From positions 109,344-173,343 of the forward strand of contig CAXXFF010000002.1 in the NCBI GenBank assembly GCA_963676835.2: 64,000 nt of DNA, written 5' to 3'. The notes under the pieces were generated by a model that worked only from the letters and a program-made list of their open reading frames with translations, ran no database searches and was not told where the DNA came from. Position 1 is the first letter of the stretch; each line of letters starts with the position of its first letter. Source of the DNA: Marispirochaeta sp. (GTDB lineage: Bacteria > Spirochaetota > Spirochaetia > JC444 > Marispirochaetaceae). The translations under genes were made by a program, and so were the position numbers. Shown piece by piece: positions 48,823 to 59,472 of this stretch.

Positions 48823-49614
48823 TTATACTTTCCCTTTCCAGGGAACGATCATCAGCTCGGCTATCCGGATAATCCTGTCCAGAATTATCCCGGTTATTCC
48901 CATAACAATAATCCCCATAAACATCACATCGCCCCGTAAGAATTTTCCCGCATCAAGCACCATCCAGCCGATACCGGAACGTGCCGCCACAATCTCCGAG
49001 GAGACAAGGGTGGTGTAGGTAAATCCTATACTGACCCGCATCCCGGTGAAAATACCCGGCAGACAGGAGGGAAAAATAACATGTACTAAAGTCTTCCATT
49101 TCCCCGCCCCGAGAGACCGGGCAACATGCACTCTCTCCATGGGGACAGAGGCAACAGCCGCCATGGCATTAATAGACAAAGGAGGAAAAGCAGCCATAAA
49201 AAGAAGGGTGATCTTCGATGCATTGCCAATGCCCAGCCATATAACCAGAATAGTGTAGTACGCCAGAGGCGGAAGGGGCCGGTAGAATTCAACCAGGGGA
49301 TCAAAAACTGCCTTCACCTTTCTGCTGTAGCCCATAAACATGCCTAAGGGGATGGCCACAATACAGGCTAAAAGAAAACCGGAAATAACCCGAAACAGAC
49401 TGTCCCCTAAATGGTCCAGCAGTGTTCCTCCCCGGTACCCGTTAAGTGCGATATCCTTGAAGGCCTGAAAGACGCTGGCAGGAGTTGGGATAAAGTACTC
49501 GGGGAAAATCTTCAGACCGGCAATAACCGTCCAGGCCAGTAAAATGGCCAGAACCGACAGTACCGAGATAATAAATTCACTTATTCTTTCTTTATCGTAC
49601 TTCTTCATTCCCAT
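48823..49614 (-). CDS. tauC: Taurine-type (NitT/TauT) ABC permease
   Basis: EAA-loop ARSLGAGKWKTLVHVIFPSCLPGIFTGMRVSIGFTYTTLVSSE. Confidence 0.85.
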   Translation of the reverse strand: MGMKKYDKERISEFIISVLSVLAILLAWTVIAGLKIFPEYFIPTPASVFQAFKDIALNGYRGGTLLDHLGDSLFRVISGFLLACIVAIPLGMFMGYSRKVKAVFDPLVEFYRPLPPLAYYTILVIWLGIGNASKITLLFMAAFPPLSINAMAAVASVPMERVHVARSLGAGKWKTLVHVIFPSCLPGIFTGMRVSIGFTYTTLVSSEIVAARSGIGWMVLDAGKFLRGDVMFMGIIVMGITGIILDRIIRIAELMIVPWKGKV

Positions 49615-49650
49615 AAGCGTCCAAGTACAGGATATAACCTATAATAATAA

Positions 49651-49687
49651 AAAAAGGGGGTCAGTTCACGGAACCGACCCCTTTTTT
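49651..49687 (-). terminator. Bidirectional-looking rho-independent terminator after the yeeE-like gene
   Basis: A7 then GGGGTC agttcacggaacc GACCCC then T6. Confidence 0.7.
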
Positions 49688-49699
49688 CTTGTGCTTAAA

Positions 49700-50983
49700 T
49701 CAGTTAACGCAGCTTGCCGCCGTTTTTCTGGCAACCACGTTGCCGATGATTCCTCCGCCTGTCAGGGCTGCAAGGAAAATCCATCCCGAAAGGGAAAAGT
49801 TGGCAATGGGAGTATACAGAGCACCCACGTTGCAGCCGTTGGCAAGACGGGTTCCAAATCCCATAAAGAGACCGCCCATGGCGAAGAACACAACCTGCAA
49901 AGGCTTAACCTTAAGCTCCGAGGTGAAAGTTGCCTTGAAGGTACCTGCCAGAAGAAGAGCTATAAGAGTACCAAGCACAATGCCTATGTTCTGCACCGAA
50001 ACGGGATTAACAAAAATGGATGTTTCAAAAAAGCCTGCCGGCATATGGGTAAATGCTGCAATGGATTCTGAAGAAACTCCAAAGAGCATCAGAAGCTTGC
50101 CAAACCACATACCGTAAACAGTGGAAGCCCCCCACCCTGCTTTTGTAATACCCATAAGCAGAGAAAAGACCACGGCAATTACAATTGCCCCGGTTCGCAT
50201 CTGCCAGGGACGGACAAAAAGCATATCATAGGTCTCACTGCTGAAAAGCTTGAAGGGTTTTGCAGCTCCCCGCTCTTCAAGAAGCCTGTTCTGCTCAAGC
50301 TCTGTTCCTACACCGGAAAACCGGTTCGCAGCAATCTGCTTATCTTCATATTTCCTGGCAAGCCAGGCGACCAGAGCCGCCAGCAGCACAGTAAGAATCA
50401 CCGCACCAAGGTAACCGCTCATACCGTCCCACATAAACAGATCCGGAAGATAGACACCGCCGGCAAGCTGCTCGCCGGTAACGGTGGAAAACCAGGAATC
50501 CGTAACCCATGATGCGGTCTTCTGTACAGGAAACCCGATAAAAACTCCAAAAGCGAAGAACACCAGGGTGGCTGCTGCCCGGGGAAGTCCGGTCACCAGG
50601 TCGGTAAGTACTCCCGAAGCACAGCACGAGGAAAAGGTCATACCGAAACCGAAGGAAAGACCACCGAGGATAAGCCCCAGGTTAATAGGGTTAACCCACA
50701 GGTTGTAGCTTGTGGCGTCTACTCCGTAGAGAAAAGCCACTGATACTGCAGCAGTTCCGGCAAACATCCACATAAGTACCCGCATCAGCTTTGCTGACCC
50801 GGTTCTGTATGCCCGGTTAACGCTTCCGGCAAAGCCCATAAAGGCCCGGGTCAGGGCATAGCCGAACCCGATTCCCGCCAGCAGCCGGAAGAAGAGCATC
50901 TGGGTACCCAGAAAAGCTCCGCCGAAAATCAGTACAACTGCAATCAGGGCAAAGCCCAGAATATTCTCAATTTTACTGTTCAT
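49700..50983 (-). CDS. YeeE/YedE family sulfur-compound transporter (long, 427 aa)
   Basis: Two sulfur-transport repeats with conserved Cys motifs: FSSCCASG and LANGCNVGALY. Confidence 0.85.
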   Translation of the reverse strand: MNSKIENILGFALIAVVLIFGGAFLGTQMLFFRLLAGIGFGYALTRAFMGFAGSVNRAYRTGSAKLMRVLMWMFAGTAAVSVAFLYGVDATSYNLWVNPINLGLILGGLSFGFGMTFSSCCASGVLTDLVTGLPRAAATLVFFAFGVFIGFPVQKTASWVTDSWFSTVTGEQLAGGVYLPDLFMWDGMSGYLGAVILTVLLAALVAWLARKYEDKQIAANRFSGVGTELEQNRLLEERGAAKPFKLFSSETYDMLFVRPWQMRTGAIVIAVVFSLLMGITKAGWGASTVYGMWFGKLLMLFGVSSESIAAFTHMPAGFFETSIFVNPVSVQNIGIVLGTLIALLLAGTFKATFTSELKVKPLQVVFFAMGGLFMGFGTRLANGCNVGALYTPIANFSLSGWIFLAALTGGGIIGNVVARKTAASCVN

Positions 50984-51001
50984 TCTGTGATCATCCCTTT
51001 A

Positions 51002-52702
51002 TCAGTCAAAGTTGTAACCGGTGAGTATGGGTTCCCTTCCGCTTACCTGATCATTGTAGTATTCGAAAAAGGAAATTCCCATAAATCCGCCGGAAATATT
51101 TATTACTTCATCCCAACCGCGGTTTTTCAGCGCCATAACAGCATTGTAACTTCTCTGTCCGCTTCGGCAGTGCAGGTAAATCGGCTTGTCTTTGGGGAAC
51201 TCATCAAGCCGTTCTCTGAGCTGACTCAGGGGAATATTAACCGCACCCTTAAGATGTGACTGTTCATATTCGTAGACTTCCCGAACATCAAAGATAGCAG
51301 CCCCGCTTTCTACCAGGCCCCGGACATCGCTGACATTTACCTGCCGGAAATCATCATGGAGAAGGTTGGTTCCTACATAGCCTGCAAAGTTAACCACGTC
51401 TTTTGCGGTGCCGAAGGGGGGCGCATAACAGAGCTCAAGGTCTTTCAGATCATGGATGGTTCCGTTGAACTTGATCACCGTTGCAATTACATCGATTCTC
51501 TTGTCAACATTTCCTTTTCCAATTGCCTGGGCTCCAAGGATTTTTCCGGTGGGGATTTCATACACAAGCTTGAAATGAAGGCTCTTGCTGGAAGGCATAA
51601 GCCCGACCTTGTCTCCGGGAATAATACGTACACAGCTGTAATCGATCTTCAAACCGCTGTGCTGAATAAATCCACAGGTCAAACCAGTGGAGGCGGCATT
51701 GTAATCAAACACCTTCAGAATTGAAGATCCGATATAGCCGCGGTTATCCACATACTGCTTATTGATATGGTCCGCAACACTTCTGGCCTGTTTCTGTGCC
51801 GGTCCGGCCAGGGGAAGCTTGAAATAGTCGTCAAAAAGGTAGCTGTATACTTCAATGGCATCACCAACAGCGTAGATATCCTTGTCTACTGTCCGGTAAT
51901 TCTGGTCCACCTTCATTGCACCGGTTTTTCCGAGCTCAAGGCCGGCCTGTTTTGCAAGATCTGTTTCCGGAGAAACTCCGATTGCCATTATTACAATGTC
52001 AGTTTCGATTTTCTTGCCCGATTCAAGAAGAATCGCATTGGTATCGAAAGCGGTCACCTTGTCGTCTACTATAAGGTTTACGCCCTGATCATGAATCTCC
52101 TTGTGGAGAATCTGCACCATATCGTAATCGAGGATTCTCAGAATCTGGGGCATAGCCTCAACGAGGGTCACTTCGTAACCGGCCTCTTTCAGGTTTTCAA
52201 CCGTTTCGATTCCGATAAATCCACCGCCGATTACACTGATCTTCTTAACATCCTTATTTCTGATTGCTTTGGCAATTTTAGCAATGTCTACTACATTTCG
52301 AATGGTGTAATGATTTACCTTCTCAATACCAGGAATAGGGGGAACAATAGGTTTTCCGCCGGGAGAGAGTATCAGCTTGTCATAAGACTCGGTATAGGTC
52401 TTTCCTGTATCAAGATCGGCAACAGTGACTTCTTTGGCCTCTCTGTTAATCGCAACAACTTCATTATTTATACGTACATCAATATTGTACTGTTTCTTGA
52501 AGAGCTCAGGCGTCATAAGGACAAGATCTTCAGCCTTTTCGATCATTCCGCTCAGATGATAGGGAAGACAACAGTTGGAAAAGGATACGTTCGGACCTTT
52601 CTCAAATACAATTATCTGATCTTCTTCACTGTGTCTTCGAAGCCGTGCAGCAGCTGATGCACCTCCGGCAACACCGCCGACAACAAGCATTTTTCTTGAC
52701 AT
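51002..52702 (-). CDS. CoA-disulfide / persulfide reductase with C-terminal rhodanese domain (Npsr-like)
   Basis: VVGGVAGGASAA, active-site SFSNCCLPY, a second NAD(P)H GxGxxG (VIGGGFIGIE), and rhodanese IYLHCRSGQRS. Confidence 0.88.
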   Translation of the reverse strand: MSRKMLVVGGVAGGASAAARLRRHSEEDQIIVFEKGPNVSFSNCCLPYHLSGMIEKAEDLVLMTPELFKKQYNIDVRINNEVVAINREAKEVTVADLDTGKTYTESYDKLILSPGGKPIVPPIPGIEKVNHYTIRNVVDIAKIAKAIRNKDVKKISVIGGGFIGIETVENLKEAGYEVTLVEAMPQILRILDYDMVQILHKEIHDQGVNLIVDDKVTAFDTNAILLESGKKIETDIVIMAIGVSPETDLAKQAGLELGKTGAMKVDQNYRTVDKDIYAVGDAIEVYSYLFDDYFKLPLAGPAQKQARSVADHINKQYVDNRGYIGSSILKVFDYNAASTGLTCGFIQHSGLKIDYSCVRIIPGDKVGLMPSSKSLHFKLVYEIPTGKILGAQAIGKGNVDKRIDVIATVIKFNGTIHDLKDLELCYAPPFGTAKDVVNFAGYVGTNLLHDDFRQVNVSDVRGLVESGAAIFDVREVYEYEQSHLKGAVNIPLSQLRERLDEFPKDKPIYLHCRSGQRSYNAVMALKNRGWDEVINISGGFMGISFFEYYNDQVSGREPILTGYNFD

Positions 52703-52957
52703 CTCAATCTCCTTATGAAGGTAAATGTATATATATGCTAAATGATATCTTAACTCTATATTACTGCTGTATCGTAACTATGTAAACAGAAACACCCATG
52801 TTTTTGTTCTTTCAGATCACAAAAACGCTATTTTTATATTTTTATTAAGAAAATTTGCATTCTAATAAACCTTGCACCAAACTTATTGACAACGGTAAAA
52901 TATAGATGTTAGTTTATATAGCAATAGAGAAATCTTACTTTATTAAGGATTTTATAT

Positions 52958-53881
52958 ATGATTAGAGTTCGGAAAATATGGGCTGTCTTAATCCTTATTC
53001 CGGTGCTGCTTGTCGGCGCCTGCTCTTTTGTGGATTACGCGGACTCAGGAACCCTTATTATCACCGCTTCTGATGCTGTGGATAAAATAGAATCCGGATA
53101 CATACTGGTGGACGCTCAGCGGGCATCCTCCTATAAAAAAGAACATATTGAAAATGCGGTCAACATCGAACGCAACCAGATAATGATTAAAGAGCCTGTT
53201 GCCAACACCCTGGCCACGGGAGATATTATTGCCGATGCTGCAGGAAAAGCAGGACTCACCGAAAACTCCAACCTGCTGATCTATGACGATAACATGAACA
53301 TGGATTCCTCCCGGCTCTGGTGGACCCTGAAGATATACGACCACAAAGGGGATATACGTATTGTTTCCGGCGGCCTGCCTGCATTGAAAGCCGCAGGACT
53401 GACCGTTACAGACAAGGCTGCCACCGTAACAGCAGCTGAATATAAAGCCTCCCCGCTCAACACAGATATGCTTGCAGTAAAAGAAGATATTCAGGCCAAC
53501 ATCAACGATCCTGCCGATGGATTTGTACTGATCGATGTCAGAAGCGATGAAGAATACAATGCAGGCACCATTCCCGGTTCAATTCATATAAATCACGAAA
53601 AAAATATGTTCGTTAACGAGGATAAGGGAACAACCTTCCGGCCGGTATCCCACAATCGCATCCTCTATAAGGAACTTGGCATAACACCGGACTGTGAGAT
53701 TGTGATGTACTGCAAGAGTTCAGTCCGTGCTGCCAATACCTATGCAGCCCTGTATAACGCAGGATACCGGAACCTGAAAATATATGACGGCGCCTATCTG
53801 GAGTGGGCGGCGGAAAAACTGCCTGTGATTAAAACAGAGGTAGATGTAAAGGTAACTACATCCCAGTCAGACAACTCCTGA
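52958..53881 (+). CDS. Exported tandem-rhodanese sulfurtransferase lipoprotein
   Basis: Lipobox LVGACS. Inactive N-domain (LIYDDNMNMDSSRLWWTL) plus an active C-domain, MYCKSSVRAANTY. Confidence 0.85.
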   Translation: MIRVRKIWAVLILIPVLLVGACSFVDYADSGTLIITASDAVDKIESGYILVDAQRASSYKKEHIENAVNIERNQIMIKEPVANTLATGDIIADAAGKAGLTENSNLLIYDDNMNMDSSRLWWTLKIYDHKGDIRIVSGGLPALKAAGLTVTDKAATVTAAEYKASPLNTDMLAVKEDIQANINDPADGFVLIDVRSDEEYNAGTIPGSIHINHEKNMFVNEDKGTTFRPVSHNRILYKELGITPDCEIVMYCKSSVRAANTYAALYNAGYRNLKIYDGAYLEWAAEKLPVIKTEVDVKVTTSQSDNS

Positions 53882-53937
53882 CGGGATAGTTAATAGTCTC
53901 TCACAAGAGATCGATTTTTGTTCAAGGAGATCATTGT

Positions 53938-54858
53938 ATGAAGAAATTTCTGTACTTGCTGCTTATGGCAGCCCTGGTTTTCAGTGCATGCAGCAAAAGT
54001 GAACCTGCAAGCGCAGCTGCGGAAAAACCCGCTGAGACTGCAGCTGCAGTAGAGACAGTTGATACCGTAAAGGTTGCAGCTGAAGCATATTTCGGAGATT
54101 ACCCCGGTTCCAGAATCATTCCCGCCGACAAGGTTTTCGAAGCCATGGATGCAGGAGAAGATTTCATCCTTCTCGATATCAGAAGAGCCGATGATTACGC
54201 AAAGGGTCACCTGAAAGGCGCAGTAAATGCACCCTGGGGACCTGCAATAGCAGACGCTTTAAACTGGCTGCCTGACGATGTTCCTGTATACGTCAACTGC
54301 TATACAGGTCAGACTGCAGGCCAGACTGTTGCGGTTCTCAACATTGCGGGCATTCAGGCACAGTCCATCAAATACGGATGGAACCTGGGTATTTCCAAAA
54401 CTGAGGGCTTTGACAACTATGTTGAAACCAGCGCCAATATGAGCCCCGATGCAGCGGGTGTAAAATATGATGCAGATGTAAAAGCTGCTGCTGAAGCTTT
54501 CTTCAACGCAATTCCCGACAAAGGAAGTAACATCATCGCAGCTCCTGCACTCAAGGAAAAGATGGATGCGGAAGAGCAGATGACCATAGTTTCCATCAGA
54601 CAGCCTGAAGATTATGCAAAGGGTCACATTGAAGGCGCAATCAACATTCCCTTCGGTGCCGGTATGCAGGAAAAATTCGCACAGCTTCCCACCGACGAAA
54701 AGGTTTACGTATACTGTTACTCCGGACAGACTGCAGGTCAAACTGTAGGTGTTCTGAGAATGCTTGGATACGATGCCGTATCGGTAAAAAGCGGAATGGG
54801 AACTACCGGTACCAACGGTTCCGGATGGGGCAATGAAGGCCTCCCCACTGTTCAGTAG
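53938..54858 (+). CDS. Exported tandem-rhodanese lipoprotein (both domains carry Cys)
   Basis: Lipobox VFSACS. Active-site loops VNCYTGQTAGQT and VYCYSGQTAGQT. Confidence 0.85.
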   Translation: MKKFLYLLLMAALVFSACSKSEPASAAAEKPAETAAAVETVDTVKVAAEAYFGDYPGSRIIPADKVFEAMDAGEDFILLDIRRADDYAKGHLKGAVNAPWGPAIADALNWLPDDVPVYVNCYTGQTAGQTVAVLNIAGIQAQSIKYGWNLGISKTEGFDNYVETSANMSPDAAGVKYDADVKAAAEAFFNAIPDKGSNIIAAPALKEKMDAEEQMTIVSIRQPEDYAKGHIEGAINIPFGAGMQEKFAQLPTDEKVYVYCYSGQTAGQTVGVLRMLGYDAVSVKSGMGTTGTNGSGWGNEGLPTVQ

Positions 54859-54880
54859 TTTATTCCACCGTTTTTATTCA

Positions 54881-54909
54881 ACCCGGAGCTTCGGCTTCGG
54901 GTTTTTTTA
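54881..54909 (+). terminator. Rho-independent terminator
   Basis: ACCCGGAGC ttcg GCTTCGGGT followed by T7. Confidence 0.8.
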
Positions 54910-55000
54910 TGTCCCTGCGAAAAAAAATCGTAGCTGTATTGAATTAACACAGTGCTGTGGACTATCTTAATAGCAAGTAATTGCCATTACGGAGGAAAAT

Positions 55001-55375
55001 ATGAAAAAGATCGGGCTTTTAGCAATTGTTGTACTTTTTATGGCGTCTTGTACCACCGTGAGTTTTCAGGGAATGCAGATGACCAAGGATGTACCATCCT
55101 TTAATGTTGTAGGAGAATTTGAGAAGGTTGTTGCCCATAACGGAATCATCGGAAACGCCGCCGGCTACAAACTTATTCAGATGAACGATAACGATGAGAG
55201 AATTTTCTCTATCATTACCGATGAAATTCAGAAGAAAGGCGGAGATGCCGCAATCGATGTAACCATCGAATACCGGGCTGACATCCTTGATATCCTTATT
55301 ACCGGTGTAACCTTCAGCCTCTTTTCTCCCTCTGACATTGTAATCAAGGGTACCATTATCAAGTACACAAACTGA
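55001..55375 (+). CDS. Hypothetical small lipoprotein
   Basis: Lipobox FMASCT, 124 aa. Confidence 0.5.
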   Translation: MKKIGLLAIVVLFMASCTTVSFQGMQMTKDVPSFNVVGEFEKVVAHNGIIGNAAGYKLIQMNDNDERIFSIITDEIQKKGGDAAIDVTIEYRADILDILITGVTFSLFSPSDIVIKGTIIKYTN

Positions 55376-55403
55376 TACTGCTCCACTTTTCGGAGCACCT
55401 TGA

Positions 55404-55430
55404 ACGGGCCTGACTTCAGGCCCGTTTTTT
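55404..55430 (+). terminator. Rho-independent terminator
   Basis: ACGGGCCTG actt CAGGCCCGT followed by T6. Confidence 0.8.
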
Positions 55431-55469
55431 AATACAAACACTCCTGCACGAATATCATTAGGATAATCA

Positions 55470-56636
55470 ATGAAACGAGATAAAAGGCTGCTGATCTATC
55501 CTGCAGCATTCGCAGTTAATGCCGGGATCACCATGCTGAATTTCAGTCTTATTTTCTTTATGCGCAGAAACTACGGAACATCCCCCTCCCTGGTGGGCTG
55601 GCTCTCCGCCTTCTGGGCCCTGGCCTACCTGGCAGGCTGCCTTGGACTTGGTGGATTAAGCCGCAGACTCTCGTACAGAAAAGCCCTGCCTCTGGCTACC
55701 TTTACCATGGGCCTTTCGGTACTGCTTATTCTCGTTATCCCATCAGAAACAGCCGCCTTTGTCTGGTATGTTCTCTTCGGTTTTATTACAGCCCTTCACT
55801 GGCCGCCGCTTATGGGCTGGCTTTCCGAGGGGCTGGAAGGTCAGGATTTGAACCGCTCCGTGGGAGGTTTCAATATCTCATGGAGCACTGGAGCCGGGGC
55901 CGGGCCCTTTATCGCAGGCTTTCTGGTGGAGCAAAGCGTTACCCTCCCCCTCTGGGTAATAACAGGTCTCTACTGGATTATTGCCCTGACCTATAGCATC
56001 TCCCTGATGGTCTACAGCGGAAAAACCGCCCTGATAAGCGAAGGGACATCATTAACGGAAGATCAGGTTCAGCAGAACGACAACAGCTCTCCTCTCCGAT
56101 TTGCCGGCTGGATAGGCGTTGGATCCTCCTATACCCTTTTAGGAGTACTCCTGTTTATTTTTCCCATGTATGCGGTAGACAAGCTTGGTTACAGCGAAAG
56201 CTTCACAGGCATGCTGCTCTTTATGCGGGGAACCGTTACTGTAGCCGGTTTCTATCTTGCCGGTAAAACACTCTTCTGGCACAACAACAGCAGGCAGATA
56301 AGCATAAGCCAACTGCTGCTGGGCTTGACGGCGCTGGCTCTTGCCTTTGTTTCAGCATCTTCTCTCTACATTGTGCTGTTTGTTCTGTTCGGGCTTACCT
56401 TCGCACTGCAGTATGCCACCAGCATTTTTCATGGTGTTTCCGGATCAATCGACAGGGAACGGCGGATGGCCATCCATGAATCCGCCCTGACCATAGGCAT
56501 TATGATAGGATCCGCCGGCGGCGGCCTCCTGTATGAAAGCCTCTCTTTCCGCACTGTTCTCATACTTACCGCTCTGCTGATCTTTCTTGCAGGACTTTCA
56601 CAGATAGTCAGCTTCAAAAAAAAGGCCGCTTCCTGA
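55470..56636 (+). CDS. MFS transporter (12 TMS)
   Basis: 388 aa, polytopic, two 6-TMS halves. Confidence 0.75.
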   Translation: MKRDKRLLIYPAAFAVNAGITMLNFSLIFFMRRNYGTSPSLVGWLSAFWALAYLAGCLGLGGLSRRLSYRKALPLATFTMGLSVLLILVIPSETAAFVWYVLFGFITALHWPPLMGWLSEGLEGQDLNRSVGGFNISWSTGAGAGPFIAGFLVEQSVTLPLWVITGLYWIIALTYSISLMVYSGKTALISEGTSLTEDQVQQNDNSSPLRFAGWIGVGSSYTLLGVLLFIFPMYAVDKLGYSESFTGMLLFMRGTVTVAGFYLAGKTLFWHNNSRQISISQLLLGLTALALAFVSASSLYIVLFVLFGLTFALQYATSIFHGVSGSIDRERRMAIHESALTIGIMIGSAGGGLLYESLSFRTVLILTALLIFLAGLSQIVSFKKKAAS

Positions 56637-56650
56637 AGCCAGGAAGCGGC
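56615..56650 (-). terminator. Rho-independent terminator after groEL
   Basis: Minus strand: GCCGCTTCCTG gctt CAGGAAGCGGC followed by T9. Confidence 0.8.
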
Positions 56651-56686
56651 AGATGTTACAAATCCTCTAAAAAGGGGAGCTAAAGC

Positions 56687-58596
<1,910 letters not shown>

Positions 58597-58663
58597 TTCC
58601 GATCTCCATATAATTGTGTTCTTTTATACTCTTCACCGAAGAGTTTGTTTGCCCAAAGATATT

Positions 58664-58679
58664 AGCAAAAATCGTGCCA
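58664..58679 (-). promoter_or_regulatory. Sigma-54 type -24/-12 promoter consensus upstream of groES
   Basis: The minus strand reads cTGGCACGatttTTGCTa, matching TGGCACG-N4-TTGCW at all 12 specified positions. It ends 67 nt upstream of the groES ATG. Confidence 0.5.
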
Positions 58680-58708
58680 GAAAAATTTCACAACTTAATT
58701 CATTGCTA

Positions 58709-58738
58709 AATATACATTTACGTATAATTAACTGTCAA
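58709..58738 (-). promoter_or_regulatory. Sigma-70-like promoter upstream of groES
   Basis: Minus strand: TTGACA-N18-TATATT. Confidence 0.45.
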
Positions 58739-58866
58739 CTCGGATCTTGCCTGTTTTTGTTAATAAGAAAAAATGACCCACACTTCAGAATTTACCACTT
58801 TTTATGTGTCATATTGACTCAACCGGCAGCATCAAGAGATGCATGCCGGCCTGGAGTCCTGACATA

Positions 58867-59403
58867 TTATCCTGCAGAAGAAAGAGGCCCGATAAACGTG
58901 GTGGGAACCGATACTGTTCGGGTTCCTAGATCCTTATCGAGCATAAAAAGACCGGGACCCTTCTCGCCTCCGGAGAGTTCAAGGTGAGCAATAATGTCGC
59001 TGGCGCTCTTTTCTTCCTCTACCTGCTCGGTTACATACCATTGCAGAAATGTATAGGTTGCATAATCATGCTCTTCTTCCGCAATCCGCACCAGGGCATT
59101 GATAGAGGCGGTAACCTCCTGTTCATGGGCCAGGGTTGACTTGAGAAGAGCCATAGCGGAATCCCAGCTCTCTTCAGGCTTATCAATAGCCTTCAGCACA
59201 ACCTTGCCGCCCTGATCCTGCACATACTCATACATCTTCATGGCATGAAACATCTCTTCGTGATATTGAGCCATAAACCAGGTGGCAAAGCCGTCGAGTC
59301 CTATATCACTGCTGTGGGATGACATGGCCATGTAGAGATAGCCTGAGTAAAGTTCCTTGTTAATCTGTTCATTTAACGCTTCAAGCATTTTCTTTGAAAT
59401 CAT
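58867..59403 (-). CDS. ftn: Ferritin (non-haem, Ftn-like)
   Basis: MLEALNEQINKELYSGYLYMAMS, QYHEEMFHAMKMYEY, LAHEQEVT. Confidence 0.88.
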   Translation of the reverse strand: MISKKMLEALNEQINKELYSGYLYMAMSSHSSDIGLDGFATWFMAQYHEEMFHAMKMYEYVQDQGGKVVLKAIDKPEESWDSAMALLKSTLAHEQEVTASINALVRIAEEEHDYATYTFLQWYVTEQVEEEKSASDIIAHLELSGGEKGPGLFMLDKDLGTRTVSVPTTFIGPLSSAG

Positions 59404-59472
59404 CTGAATCTCCTGAGAGTCTATTTGATCTCAAAGTACTAATCTTTATCAGGATGGTAAAGAAATATCAGT

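Noticed and set aside
58597-58866. CIRCE (HrcA) operator upstream of groES
   Set aside because: The canonical TTAGCACTC-N9-GAGTGCTAA is not present. Only 7-nt TTAGCAA/TTGCTAA ends with 34-nt spacing are found.
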